Notes under the pieces: model-generated
Told to the model about the DNA's origin: nothing
The model's input: only the letters and a program-made list of their open reading frames with translations
Database searches by the model: none
Program-made: the position numbers and the translations under genes
DNA from: an uncultured Atopostipes sp.
Lineage (GTDB): Bacteria; Bacillota; Bacilli; Lactobacillales; Carnobacteriaceae_A
NCBI GenBank assembly: GCA_963558565.1
Contig: CAUWGX010000002.1
Coordinates: 49,079 to 113,078, forward strand
Length of the DNA stretch: 64,000 nt
Direction: 5' to 3'
In this document: piece by piece, positions 21,632-32,900 of the stretch
Layout of the letters: the number at the start of each line of letters is the position of its first letter
Position numbering within the stretch: the first letter of the stretch is position 1

Positions 21632-21742
21632 ATGGACACGCATCATCATCAAAGATTAAAATTAAACTTAATAACAAGTAAAATGAAGACAAGAACACGG
21701 CTTATAATTGATTTTCAGAGACATCACGCTTGGTGCGAGTGA
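21632..21742 (+). other. 36-codon uORF with HHH run between the T-boxes (MDTHHHQRLKLNLITSKMKTRTRLIIDFQRHHAWCE)
   Basis: GAAAGGA RBS, then ATG GAC ACG CAT CAT CAT; stop lies in stem I of T-box 2. Confidence 0.5.
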
Positions 21743-21932
21743 TGATTCAATGTTTGCTACACCTCTTGGAGTGAAATATTGAAAGATTAGTAAATATTTC
21801 CGCGTGCGAGCGTTAATCGCCTGCGTCTCTGACGCTTTGAGGCAAATTGTGCGAGCAATTTGCGAAAAAAGGTGGCACCACGATATTATTTACCGTCCTT
21901 TCATTTCTACTGTTGAAATGAGAGGTTTTTTT
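21681..21932 (+). ncRNA. T-box riboswitch 2, probable His (CAC) specifier
   Basis: Stem I apex nearly identical to T-box 1, CAC at 21760-21762, AAGGTGGCACCACG at 21869, terminator about 21897-21932. Confidence 0.88.
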
Positions 21933-21959
21933 ATTGTTAATTTATAAGGAGGAAAAGAA

Positions 21960-23420
21960 ATGGGCACAATTAAAAATAAATTATTTATATTTTTTGCATT
22001 ATTAGGATTCATATTCACAAATACCCAAGCGGCTCAAGCAGCCGAAGTCGTCAACGATGAAACAAACCCTGAAGGATCTGAAACTTATGTTATTGGCTTG
22101 GACGATACCTTTGCGCCAATGGGGTTTCGTAATGAGCAAGGTGAACTCGTTGGTTTTGATATTGATCTATCTGCGGAAGTAGCTGAGCGTTTAGATTATC
22201 ACTTTGTTTACCAGACAATCGATTGGAGCGTCAAAGAACAGGAATTAAATTCAGGAAATATTGATATGATCTGGAACGGTTACGGGGTCACTCCTGATCG
22301 CGAAGAACAAGTTTTAATGTCCGATGTTTATATTGAAGATACACAAATTGTCGTCACAGATGCAGACACCGAACCGCTTGAAAGTTTAGAAGATTTAATC
22401 GGTCTGACAGTAACCACGCAATCTTCCTCTACGGCTCTCCAAATTATGGAAAACGAGTGGCCGGAAGAGATTCTATCAGGGATCGAAGAACTCGTGCTTT
22501 ATCCTAATTATAATAATTCCTTTTTAGATCTAGATGCTGGCCGAGTGGATGCCGTCGTTGTCGGGGGCGTTTATGGTAATTATATTGTCAACCAACGTGG
22601 GGAAGAAAATTATAATGTCTTTCTAGATGAGAATGCTGTCGAACCGATGGCGGTGGGCTTAAGAAAATCCGACACAGAACTCGCTGAAGAAATTAATACA
22701 ACACTCGAAGAAATCAAAAATGATGGAACTTATGAAGAAATTTATACTGAATGGTTCGGTAGTGCAGGCCTTTCGACTGAAGAAAGCAGTATTTTGGCGA
22801 ATATGTTACCGAGTTTGAAGGAAGGCTTGAAATTAACTCTAGGTCTTTTCGCGATTGTTTTTATTGTTAGTATTCCTTTAGGTTTAATTCTCGCGATTCC
22901 GCGGGCTTTTGGTCAAAAATGGCTCCAAGCACTCATTGAAGTGTATGTGTTTGTCATGCGTTCAACGCCTCTGCTTTTACAATTAATGGTGGTCTTTTTT
23001 GGATTACCTTATTTAGGCATTAGTTTTGACCGTTTCCCAGCAGCTATCTTTGCTTTTATTATTAATTACACCGCTTATTTCATTGAAATTTTCCGTGGAG
23101 GGTTCACTTCCATTTCAGCCGGTCAGTATGAATCGCTGAAGGTGTTAGGGATTGGGCAAGTGCGTGGATTTTTCCGGGTCATTATTCCTCAAGTTTTAAA
23201 CCATGTGCTGCCTGCTTTAGGGAACGAAGTCGTTGCCCTAGTAAAGGATACGTCACTTGTTTATGTGATTGGTCTTGGAGAAATTTTACGCGTCGCTTCC
23301 ATTAGTGCCAACACTTACGCTTCGCTTACACCTTACTTGATCGTCGGTGTCATTTATATGGTTATTGTCGGTATTGTCACCCTACTATTACGCCAAACTG
23401 AAAAGAAAATCACTTACTAA
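21960..23420 (+). CDS. Polar amino acid ABC transporter, fused binding protein + permease (likely histidine)
   Basis: GLDDTFAPMGF SBP family 3 domain plus HisM-type permease (RSTPLLLQL, EIFRGG, VKDTSL); His T-boxes upstream. Confidence 0.9.
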   Translation: MGTIKNKLFIFFALLGFIFTNTQAAQAAEVVNDETNPEGSETYVIGLDDTFAPMGFRNEQGELVGFDIDLSAEVAERLDYHFVYQTIDWSVKEQELNSGNIDMIWNGYGVTPDREEQVLMSDVYIEDTQIVVTDADTEPLESLEDLIGLTVTTQSSSTALQIMENEWPEEILSGIEELVLYPNYNNSFLDLDAGRVDAVVVGGVYGNYIVNQRGEENYNVFLDENAVEPMAVGLRKSDTELAEEINTTLEEIKNDGTYEEIYTEWFGSAGLSTEESSILANMLPSLKEGLKLTLGLFAIVFIVSIPLGLILAIPRAFGQKWLQALIEVYVFVMRSTPLLLQLMVVFFGLPYLGISFDRFPAAIFAFIINYTAYFIEIFRGGFTSISAGQYESLKVLGIGQVRGFFRVIIPQVLNHVLPALGNEVVALVKDTSLVYVIGLGEILRVASISANTYASLTPYLIVGVIYMVIVGIVTLLLRQTEKKITY

Positions 23421-23432
23421 GGAGGAGTTCCA

Positions 23433-24092
23433 ATGATATTAAGCGTCGAAAATCTAACGAAAAATTTTGACCAACAAACGGTCATTCAAGATTATAATTT
23501 AACGATTAGTCAAAATGAGATTGTCGTCCTCGTTGGTCGCTCGGGCTCAGGCAAAACGACTTTCTTACGTATTATCAATAATTTAGAAACAACAGATCAG
23601 GGAACGATTAAAATTAACGGCGATACCCTTTGTGAAAATGGTGAATATGCGGCGAAAGAACAGCAACGAGCTTATCAAAACCGCATTGGTATGGTTTTTC
23701 AAAATTATGAGTTGTTTCCAAATTTAAATGTGCTAGATAATTTAATGGAAGCACCACTCGCCCAAAAAGCTGCTTCGAAAGAAGAATTAGAGACAAAGGC
23801 CATGGAATTATTAGCATCAATGGAAATCGCCGATAAAGCCAAAGCCATGCCAAATACCTTATCAGGAGGACAAGCTCAGCGTGTAGCGATTGCGAGAGCG
23901 ATGATGCTGAACCCCGATATTTTATGTTTCGACGAGCCTACTTCAGCTTTAGATCGAGAATCTGCAGCGGGTATCGGGAATTTAATCCAAGAAATTGCAA
24001 GTCGTGGTACTGGAGTACTGATCGTTACCCACGATAAAGAATTCGCCGATAAATACGGCACACGTATCATTGAATCTGAAGAATTTATTTAA
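23433..24092 (+). CDS. Amino acid ABC transporter ATP-binding protein
   Basis: GRSGSGKT, LSGGQAQRVAIARA, FDEPTSALD. Confidence 0.95.
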   Translation: MILSVENLTKNFDQQTVIQDYNLTISQNEIVVLVGRSGSGKTTFLRIINNLETTDQGTIKINGDTLCENGEYAAKEQQRAYQNRIGMVFQNYELFPNLNVLDNLMEAPLAQKAASKEELETKAMELLASMEIADKAKAMPNTLSGGQAQRVAIARAMMLNPDILCFDEPTSALDRESAAGIGNLIQEIASRGTGVLIVTHDKEFADKYGTRIIESEEFI

Positions 24093-24203
24093 AATATTTA
24101 AAGAAATGGCAAGAGTGCAAAATCTCTTGCCATTTTTTCGTTTTTTAAACTATTGATCCTTCATTTTAGAGCTTTTTATGGATTTAGTCAGGGATTCTTG
24201 TAG

Positions 24204-24449
24204 TCATTCGTCATTATTTCTTTTTATGACGAAGGATCACCCTATCGTTCGTCACAATTCTCTTTTATGACGAAAGAACACTCTATCATTCATCACGATT
24301 CTCTTTTATGACGAAGAATTACTCTATCATTCGTCACAGTTCTCTTTTATGATGAAGGATCACCTCTTCATTCGTCACGATTCTCTTTTATGACGAAGAA
24401 TCACCCTATCATTCATCACAATTCTCTTTTATGACGAAGGAACATCTTT
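24204..24449. repeat. Tandem repeat, 6 x 41 bp, internal palindrome TTCGTCA-N13-TGACGAA
   Basis: Units at 24204, 24245, 24286, 24327, 24368, 24409; consensus tcattcgtcacaattctcttttatgacgaaggatcacccta. Confidence 0.95.
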
Positions 24450-24559
24450 TTTTTAATCGATTCAAAAGTAGGTAGTATCTAAATCTTAGTGCTCAATAGC
24501 ATTTAAAAAAGCATTAAAGTCGCTCAGACTCTAATGCTTTTTCGTGCACTATATTTTAA

Positions 24560-25531
24560 TTAGTTATTCATCAAAGCTTGGTTTGCAGTGATAATTGAAA
24601 GTTTGTAAACATCTTCTTCGATACTACCGCGTGAAAGATCAGCGATAGGTTTGTTTAATCCTTGTAAGATCGGTCCAATCGCTTCAAAACCACCTAAGCG
24701 TTGAGCGATTTTGTAGCCAATGTTTCCTGATTGTAATTCTGGGAACACGAAAACATTTGCTTGCCCAGCAACTTCTGATTCAGGCGCTTTTTTCTGTGCA
24801 ACATCTGTACTGAATGCACTGTCGAATTGTAGCTCGCCATCTAATGCTAACTCAGGCGCATTTTCTTTCGCAATTTCAGTCGCTTCGCGTACTTTATCAA
24901 CCATTGGACCCGCACCTGATCCTTTTGTTGAGAAGCTAAGTAACGCTACTTGAGGATCGATGTCGAACATTTCTGCAGTTCGTGCACTTTCAATCGCAAT
25001 TTCTGCTAATTGCTCAGCATTTGGATCGGGGTTAATCGCACAATCTGAGAATAAGAAACGGTCATTTTTACGCAGCATAATAAACGCGCCCGAAGTTAAG
25101 TTGACACCTGGACGTGTCTTAATAATTTGTAGTGCTGGACGAACAGTATCACTTGTTGAGTGAACAGCCCCACTAATTAAACCATCCACGACATCTAAGT
25201 AAACAAGCATCGTTCCAAAGTAGTTCACGTTTTGTAACATTTCACGTGCTTGTTCTTCTGTTGCTTTTCCTTTACGACGTTCCACGAATGCTTCGACCAT
25301 TTCGTCATATTTATCATAATTTTTTGGATCATAAATTTCGATCCCTGTTAAATCGAATCCTTTTTCTTTAGCTGATTTCTCAATTTCAGCAGGGTTTCCA
25401 ATCAAAACAGGTTCTAATAAATTTTCACGTTTTAGGCGAACAACTGCTCCTAAAATACGTGGATCCATTGCTTCTGGAAATACTAGGCGAATATCTTTAC
25501 CAGAAATTTTTTCTTTCAACGCATCAAACAT
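24560..25531 (-). CDS. pta: Phosphate acetyltransferase
   Basis: SGAVHSTSDTVRPALQ, DCAINP, DGELQFD, GNIGYK, DLSRG. Confidence 0.97.
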   Translation of the reverse strand: MFDALKEKISGKDIRLVFPEAMDPRILGAVVRLKRENLLEPVLIGNPAEIEKSAKEKGFDLTGIEIYDPKNYDKYDEMVEAFVERRKGKATEEQAREMLQNVNYFGTMLVYLDVVDGLISGAVHSTSDTVRPALQIIKTRPGVNLTSGAFIMLRKNDRFLFSDCAINPDPNAEQLAEIAIESARTAEMFDIDPQVALLSFSTKGSGAGPMVDKVREATEIAKENAPELALDGELQFDSAFSTDVAQKKAPESEVAGQANVFVFPELQSGNIGYKIAQRLGGFEAIGPILQGLNKPIADLSRGSIEEDVYKLSIITANQALMNN

Positions 25532-25736
25532 AATAGCCCTCCATAAAGTAATTGATAACCTTATAGTAACACAAAAGTGACACGTTGAAAGCTATTGTCT
25601 AGTGAATTTAGCCAATTTTTGTATTTTCAATGTACATTTTAACTAACCACTTTGACCTTTCTGTTTCCGCTTTCTTTTTATATTGAAACTGCTATACTTA
25701 ATGTAGCAAACACTATAAATAAAGGAGATTGGATCC

Positions 25737-27125
25737 ATGAAGAAATTTGAGGTCGCTGTGAAAGAGGTTACGCCTCCACAACTCGACAATTCTAAACAGC
25801 CTGTTCTGATTTCAAAAGAAACGGCGCAAGAACGTAAAGAAAAAGTAATCACATTAATGAAAGAAAGCGGCTTTAGTTCACTCGTTATCTATGCAGATAA
25901 AGAACACGGCGGAAGCTTTGAATATTTAACCGGCTTTATTCCTCGTTTTGAAGAAGCCTTACAAATCCTCAACGTCGACGGCACGAGCACACTTATTTTA
26001 GGAAATGAAAACTACAATAAAACAAAGTTCTCACTCATTGATAGTCACGGAATTCTCTGTCCCCTATTTTCATTACCGAACCAACCAATGGGCGGTTTTC
26101 AACCGGTTGAATTTTATTTAGAACAAGCAGAGATCGATACGACAGATAAAGTAGGGATTGTCGATTGGAAGCTCTTATCCAATGATTATGAAGATTTCCA
26201 TTCACAAAGCGCGGTCCCTTCTTTTATTATTGAAGGATTGAAAGCGGTTGTCCCTGAAGGTCAGCTCGTCAATGCGACACAGTTATATATTGATCCCAGC
26301 AAAGGCGCTCGTGTCACCAATAATGCAAACGAAATCGCTCGTTACGAATACGGGGCTTCTCTAGCTTCTGATTCTATCTTAAAGGCGATGAATGCTTTAG
26401 AAGAAGGTGTTACAGAACTGGAAATTGGAGACATCCTCCAAGCAGATGGTCAATTACCAAATGTGGTGACGATCGCTGCCTTCGGTGATCGCTTCAAGCA
26501 TGCAAACATTTATCCTTTAAACACTAAGCTCGAATACGGTCACAAAGTTGCCTTAACTAATTCGCATAAGGGAGGTCTTTCTAGTCGTTCTGGTTATGCG
26601 GTCCGTAATGAAGAAGATTTAAATGCAGTGGATGAAAATTATTTAGAAGAAATGGTGATCCCTTATTATCAAGCATACAATTTCTGGTTTGAAAATATCA
26701 AAATTGGAAAAAATGGCGGTGAATTCTACGATGAATTTAGCCAATTTTATCCGCAAGAAACATACGGTTGGGAATTAAATCCTGGACACTTAACAGCTGA
26801 TGAAGAATGGCTATCTTCTCCTTTCTTTAGCGGCTCCGACAAAACGGTTCAAAGCGGGATGATTTTCCAAGTGGACTTTATTCCAAATCAAGAAGGACAC
26901 CACGGCATCTCAGCAGAAAGTACCGTGGCGATCGCGGATGCCGACTTACGAAACGAAATTCAAGAAAATTATCCAGAATTATGGGCGCGCATCGAAAAGC
27001 GTCGCACTTATATGAAGGAAGAACTCAATATCGATCTGCAAGAAGAACTATTACCATTATGTAGCACCCTCGCTTACTATCGCCCATTTTTATTAAATCC
27101 TGATAAAGCTTTAGTTTTAAAATAA
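25737..27125 (+). CDS. M24-family (Xaa-Pro aminopeptidase-like) protein
   Basis: YADKEHGG.FEYLTGFIPRFEE, LNPGHL.ADEEW.SSP, QVDFIP. Confidence 0.75.
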   Translation: MKKFEVAVKEVTPPQLDNSKQPVLISKETAQERKEKVITLMKESGFSSLVIYADKEHGGSFEYLTGFIPRFEEALQILNVDGTSTLILGNENYNKTKFSLIDSHGILCPLFSLPNQPMGGFQPVEFYLEQAEIDTTDKVGIVDWKLLSNDYEDFHSQSAVPSFIIEGLKAVVPEGQLVNATQLYIDPSKGARVTNNANEIARYEYGASLASDSILKAMNALEEGVTELEIGDILQADGQLPNVVTIAAFGDRFKHANIYPLNTKLEYGHKVALTNSHKGGLSSRSGYAVRNEEDLNAVDENYLEEMVIPYYQAYNFWFENIKIGKNGGEFYDEFSQFYPQETYGWELNPGHLTADEEWLSSPFFSGSDKTVQSGMIFQVDFIPNQEGHHGISAESTVAIADADLRNEIQENYPELWARIEKRRTYMKEELNIDLQEELLPLCSTLAYYRPFLLNPDKALVLK

Positions 27126-27365
27126 AATGTATAAATAGTGAAAGACGGCTCATCCTTTGAGAGGAGTCGTCTTTTTTATTTGTCTACCTATTTTAGCCAA
27201 CACTCTCTAAACGTTATCTCTGAAAAAATATTTCAGAGATACTATAATACAGCTAATATCAAAAACACTTGTTTGTTTCAATTATTACATAAAAGTTACA
27301 TTCTTTGTCACAATGTGTTATGATGAAGGTAGAAAAGCTTACTAAAGTGAAGAGAGGGATCGTGC

Positions 27366-29258
27366 GTGAATAAAAATTCTCAATTAAAAGTTTTACTGCT
27401 CAATATATTTTTTGTATTCTTTTTAGCTCTACCAGCCATCCATAATAATGCCTTCACTGCCACGCTTTCTCCCTTCTTTAGTGAGCAAACGATTGTAAAC
27501 GCTGAAGAAGTAGTGACTGATGACTTTATTTCAGAAAATATTGTGACGGATGAAAGTACGATGCAGTCACAATGGAATCATAATGCGATGAATATTGGCC
27601 AGGCTTGGGCTGATGGGTTTACAGGTGAAGGAGTGACTATCGCCGTATTAGATACGGGCTTTTTCCATAATCACCCTGATTTAACGATGGCCGGGGGTGA
27701 TTCCGTTTTTGCTGATGATCCTTGGTCCAATGACCATTCAGGGCACGGCACCCATATTGCTGGAATTATCGGTGCGCATACTGGCACCACTTATGAAGGG
27801 GTGGCTCCGGGTGCTGATCTCTATGGAATTAAAATCTACCATGAAGGGGATATGGATGAGGAAGGTGCTGTTTCTACAGACACCATGAGTGTAACGAAAG
27901 GGATCTATGATGCAATGGCAATTGATGCAGATATCATTGTGATCAGTTCCGGTTTAACTTATCATGATGAAGAGCTTTACCAAGCCATTCGCGAAGCTCA
28001 TGCGCAAGGAATTATGATTATCGCGGCTTCTGGAAATGGGAATGACACGGTAAATTATCCTGCAAATTATTCAGAAGTGGTGGCCGTCACGGCGATCGAT
28101 GAACGTTTGCAACCTGCATTAGATATTATTTATGGACAAGAAAATGAATTTGCTGCGCCTGGTGTCAATATCGGGGGTCTTTCAATTCCTGAAAGTACTT
28201 ATAGTTATCCTTATATTTTCATGAGTGGATCGTCGCAAGCCGCGCCTCATGCGGCAGGCCTTGCTGCGATTTTAATGCAAAAATATAACGCACGCGGGGA
28301 AGAAATTCGAAAAATTATGCAACAACAAGCCGCTAGCATTGGAGATCCTGGTCTCTTTGGATACGGTTTGCTGCGCTATGTTCCCGATGAACAAATCGCT
28401 AATGTCGAACCTCAAGAGCCGACGGAAGAGCTCGAAGAACCGATAGAAGAGCCGGAAATTATCGAAGAAGAGAATTTAACAGAAGAAGATTTCGCGGTTC
28501 GTAAACCAACTTCTTCCCGAACAGCAGACAATGGCGACGAAGGCTCCTTGGCATACCATCAGACAGAGGCTATTGACCAAGGAGATGGCGGCTCAATTGA
28601 TGAAGCTATTATCCCGCTCGTAGAGGATGGTGGAACTTTAGAGATTTGGTTAAATGGATTAAGCCCGTTATACGTCAGCGAAACACAAATTTCTGAAATT
28701 AGGGAAAGAAATATTACGCTGATTCTTGCCCGTGAAAATGTCACTTGGACCGTTCCACCTGGAAACTTTTTACCGGGAGAAGCTATTCTTCGCTTTTATG
28801 AAGGGGTCCCAACAGGCGTAGAACGTCAAGCCGGTGCAGTGACCGACATATATACCACTTCTATTTTCCAAAAAGATGTTAAAAGAAGTGCTTACCCGAC
28901 TTGGATGGAAGTCAGATTTGATTTAAGTCAAACAGACATTGAAGATTTAGAGTCCCTAAAAGCCTACTATTGGGACAAACAAGAACAAAAATGGAAACCT
29001 TCTGAAAGTACAGTGGATGGAGAAAGTGCTGTTTTAAGAACAAGACATACAAGCGCGCTCGGTTTCTTTGATCCCGAAGAGGTGCCGCCAGAAACAACAG
29101 AAGAGCCAGAAAATGTGACACCGGAAGAAGAGGAAATAGCAACAAACGAAAAAAGCTTTTTTAGCTTACCCCTTCAGATTCTGTTAGGTCTTCTTGTCTT
29201 CTCTGCCCTTTTAATTGGACTAAGAGCCTATTTTCGTCAAACCAATAAAAGAGAATAA
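27366..29258 (+). CDS. S8 subtilisin-like serine peptidase, secreted with a C-terminal membrane anchor
   Basis: Triad VLDTG / HGTHIAG / SGSSQAAPH, oxyanion ASGN, N-terminal signal, C-terminal TM plus basic tail. Confidence 0.9.
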   Translation: MNKNSQLKVLLLNIFFVFFLALPAIHNNAFTATLSPFFSEQTIVNAEEVVTDDFISENIVTDESTMQSQWNHNAMNIGQAWADGFTGEGVTIAVLDTGFFHNHPDLTMAGGDSVFADDPWSNDHSGHGTHIAGIIGAHTGTTYEGVAPGADLYGIKIYHEGDMDEEGAVSTDTMSVTKGIYDAMAIDADIIVISSGLTYHDEELYQAIREAHAQGIMIIAASGNGNDTVNYPANYSEVVAVTAIDERLQPALDIIYGQENEFAAPGVNIGGLSIPESTYSYPYIFMSGSSQAAPHAAGLAAILMQKYNARGEEIRKIMQQQAASIGDPGLFGYGLLRYVPDEQIANVEPQEPTEELEEPIEEPEIIEEENLTEEDFAVRKPTSSRTADNGDEGSLAYHQTEAIDQGDGGSIDEAIIPLVEDGGTLEIWLNGLSPLYVSETQISEIRERNITLILARENVTWTVPPGNFLPGEAILRFYEGVPTGVERQAGAVTDIYTTSIFQKDVKRSAYPTWMEVRFDLSQTDIEDLESLKAYYWDKQEQKWKPSESTVDGESAVLRTRHTSALGFFDPEEVPPETTEEPENVTPEEEEIATNEKSFFSLPLQILLGLLVFSALLIGLRAYFRQTNKRE

Positions 29259-29339
29259 ATAAAAAAGAGTTGTTCTCATCGTATAAACCTTCTAATTTTT
29301 AGATCGGTTTATCCTTTGAAAACAACTCTCTATTTTTTA

Positions 29340-29675
29340 TTATCCTCGATAACGATAGCGTTGTGGTCTTCTATTATTTCTAATACGATAAATAATAGGA
29401 TTAGCAATCGTAAGAACGACAATCGCTATAAATAAGTATAAAGTAATATCATCTGCTGTAAATTCTGACATTTGTACAAGGTTACTTTCTGCATAAAATA
29501 CTACACCGCCAAGAATCAAATGGGTAATCGACACAGTCAAAACGGTCGCAAAGGAAATTGTTTGATTTCGCTGTCGAATAAATGATAATCCCAAAAAAAT
29601 AACTAGAATCCCAATTAGTGTAATAAAAATTGGTCGGAAATCCGTTAAAACAGCTTGTTGAATAAGAAGTTGCAT
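29340..29675 (-). CDS. Small 3-TM hypothetical membrane protein
   Basis: AAGGAAG RBS, three hydrophobic segments, Arg-rich tail, shared terminator with the S8 gene. Confidence 0.75.
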   Translation of the reverse strand: MQLLIQQAVLTDFRPIFITLIGILVIFLGLSFIRQRNQTISFATVLTVSITHLILGGVVFYAESNLVQMSEFTADDITLYLFIAIVVLTIANPIIYRIRNNRRPQRYRYRG

Positions 29676-29949
29676 TTCATCGCTTCCTTTATTTCATCAT
29701 ATTTATTCCCATTGTAACGGTCATGACTTATAAAAACAAATCCAAATTTGAATCAGTTTTCCTTATATTTTCGGGCGTTTTAAAGGGCATTACACAACAG
29801 ATAAATGTGACATTAGCTTGTCATTCAAAGCTTTTCATCCACATTTTTCACCCTTCAAATCGATAGAAACTCCCCCCTGTGTTTTTTTAGCCTTAAAGTA
29901 ACTCACACCGACCTTCCATGAGTAAGTGTTACTTCCCTTGTATTTGCTC

Positions 29950-32900
29950 TTACTCGACTTCAATTCGCGCGTGACTACCTTCTTGTTGGTTTTCGACGAC
30001 AATGCGCGCAGGAATGCGATCTTTTAACTCATCCACATGGGAAATAACGCCAATTAAACGACCAGTTGATTGTAATTCCATCAGCGTCTCGATGGCCATT
30101 TCTAAAGAATCCGCATCTAGAGTCCCAAATCCTTCGTCAATGAAAAGCGTATCCACATGAACTCCACCTTGTTCGCTCTGAATAACATCACTCAAGCCTA
30201 ACGCCAACGATAAAGAGGCTTTAAAGGTCTCGCCTCCACTCAAGGTTTTCACACTTCGCGTAGCTCCGGCATAACGATCAAACACATCAATCTCCAAGCC
30301 TTCTGGGCCGGCCCCTTTGATTCGATCTTTCCGTCGAACAAGTTCGTAACGGCCACTAGTCATTACTTCAAAACGTTGGTTAGCTGCGAAAAGCACTTCT
30401 TCAAAGTAAATACTCAAAACATAACGTTCAAAAGAGACATAACTTGTTTTCGTTGAACCATTCGCAATTTCTGCCAGTTCTTCGTAAATAGACAGCGGTT
30501 TATAAATCTTTTGACTTTCCTGATAATTGGTTTTTATTTCAGCCAATGAATTTTGGTGTTTACTGTTTTTCGCAATGAGTGCATCTCGTCTATCTTCTAA
30601 TGCTTCTTTTTCTACTTTTATTTTGCTTAAGTTTTCTTCAATTTCAACCATTGAGGCCAAGTCTTCTGTGTTTTCTAACTGTTCCTTGATTTTCTTTCGT
30701 TGACGCGTGTTGTAAAGTTTTTCCTCCTCATATTGTTTGACTTTTTCTTGATAAGCTTGAACGGTCTCATCATTTAGTAAGTAAGTTTCAATCGCTTCAG
30801 CCAATGAGTACTTTTCAAGTAACGCATCCACGATTTCCTTTTGTTCAGCTTGTGCTTCTTTGTTTTTCTGCTTTTGTGTTTCTAATATAGCGATGGAGGT
30901 TTCAGTTTGTGTTTGTTGATTAGTTTTCTCAGCTAGTTCATTTCGAACAGTTTCCGCTTCTTTTTGCACGCGTTGAATGGTGGCTGTCTGCCGCTCAATT
31001 TCTGATTGAAGTTCTGTTGCTGAAGAAAAATGTAGATGTTCATCAATTTCTTTCAACAATCCTTCCAGTTCTTCAATCTTTTCCTCCATATTTGTTGCGT
31101 TGCTTTTTTCTTGGGTGAGCTTTAACTGATTTTCCTGAGCAGCTGTTTGGGTCGTTTCTAAATCTTTTCGCCAAGCTTGTTCTTGGCTCAATTTTTCTTC
31201 TAAACGCTCCACATGCTTTTTATTTTTAGCTAATTCTTCTGTCACGTCCTCAGCTTTTTCTTGAGAGAAAACTAATCCTTCCGCATAGTCTTCCTCAAAA
31301 ACGCCTAGTCGCGCTTCTTCCGCTTTTAGTTGTTTGGCTTTTTCTTCCATCGCAGCTGAATTTTTTGTATATAAAGCTTTCTGCTCATCGCGTGCCGCTT
31401 CATATTCTTGCAGTTCTTCTTCGCTAATCGCATCTGGAAGAGTCGGCGCAGGTTGCGGGTGGTGAACAGACCCACACACGGGGCAAGGTTTTTCTTCTTC
31501 AAGCTCTCCGACTAAAACACCGGCTAAGTTGCTAAAGTACTGTTGGCGCGCTTCTTCATAAACTTTTTGTGCCTTTTGGTATTGATCGGAAGTAGTTTTA
31601 TTTTCTTTCAATAAAGTCGCTAATTCAGCTTGTCGTGTTAAAATATTTTCCAAAGTTTCTATTTTTTGTTTCAGTAAGTTCTGGGTTTCTTTTAACTCTT
31701 CTTGTTTCTTTTGGGCATTCGTCAATTCTTCTCGCCAGGTTTGAATTTTTTCAAGATCAGCGGTTAGAGCCTTTATTTCTTCAACAAATTTTCCCGACGT
31801 CTTCTCAAGAACATCAATCTGTTGGTAGGTATTTTTTAATTGGGTGTTCTTTTCATCCAATGCTTGTTTTTTCTGTTCACGTTCAGCGAACTTTTCCTGT
31901 TCCGCTTCAAGCTTCTTAATTTCTTGGCGAATGGTATCGAGTTGTTGTTCCGCTTCTTTGGTTTCTTTATTTTTTTGAGTCAGTATTTGCAGCTCTTCTT
32001 GAATTTTTTCCTGGGCTTCTAAGTTTTCAGTTAAATCCGCTTCAATCTGCGTAAACTCTTTGACGATTTTTGCATACGCTTCCTGCTCTTTATGGACTTC
32101 TGATGCTTGTTGATTGAACTTTAGAGCATCTTTCTTTTCTGAAATCTCTTTTTCTAAAGCGGCCAACTCTTTCTTCGCTTGTTCTAAGGTTTCTTGTTCC
32201 TTTAATAAGTTGATAAAAGTTTCTTGTTCTTTTTCCGTTTGACTGAGAGCTTTGATTTCTTCTCTCGTGGCAGTTAACTGTTTATTTCCTTCCGACAACC
32301 ACGCTTCAAGTATTTCTAATATTTTTTCATAGTCCACTTGTTCAATAGCTTGCGTGAGTGCTGAGTCCTCTTCCGCGGCAATAGACGAAAGGGATTGTTC
32401 TAACCTTGTTTCATACGTCTTAAATTTATCTCTTAATTTTTTACGTTTTTCTTTGAGAACTTCTTGGAAATCTTGAAGATGTTCCGTACCAAAAATATTT
32501 CTGAAAATTTCTTCCTTTTCACTACTATTGGATTGTAGTAACCGCCGGAATTCACCTTGGGGTAACATCACAATTTGACGAAATTGTTCGAAAGAAAGAC
32601 CCAGTAAATCTTTGATGACTTCGTTGGCATTACGACCTGTGGCGAGTAATTGATCTTCTTTATAAAACTCAACTTCTGCCGGTAACTCTCGCGTCTTAAC
32701 ACGAGCGCCCGGTCCAATTTGTTGGGGACTCCGTTTTACGCGATAACTGGTCTGTCCAATCTCGAAAGTTAATTCGACAAAGCAAAAATCTTCATCTGTC
32801 GCAAATTGCGATTTCAACATATCAAGTTCACGCGCTTGACCGCTGGCATGATTAAACAAAGCATAGGTGAGCGCATCAAAAATGGTTGTTTTTCCTGAAC

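Noticed and set aside
27138-27323. 61-aa ORF between the M24 and S8 genes
   Set aside because: Overlaps a terminator and promoter region and has no RBS
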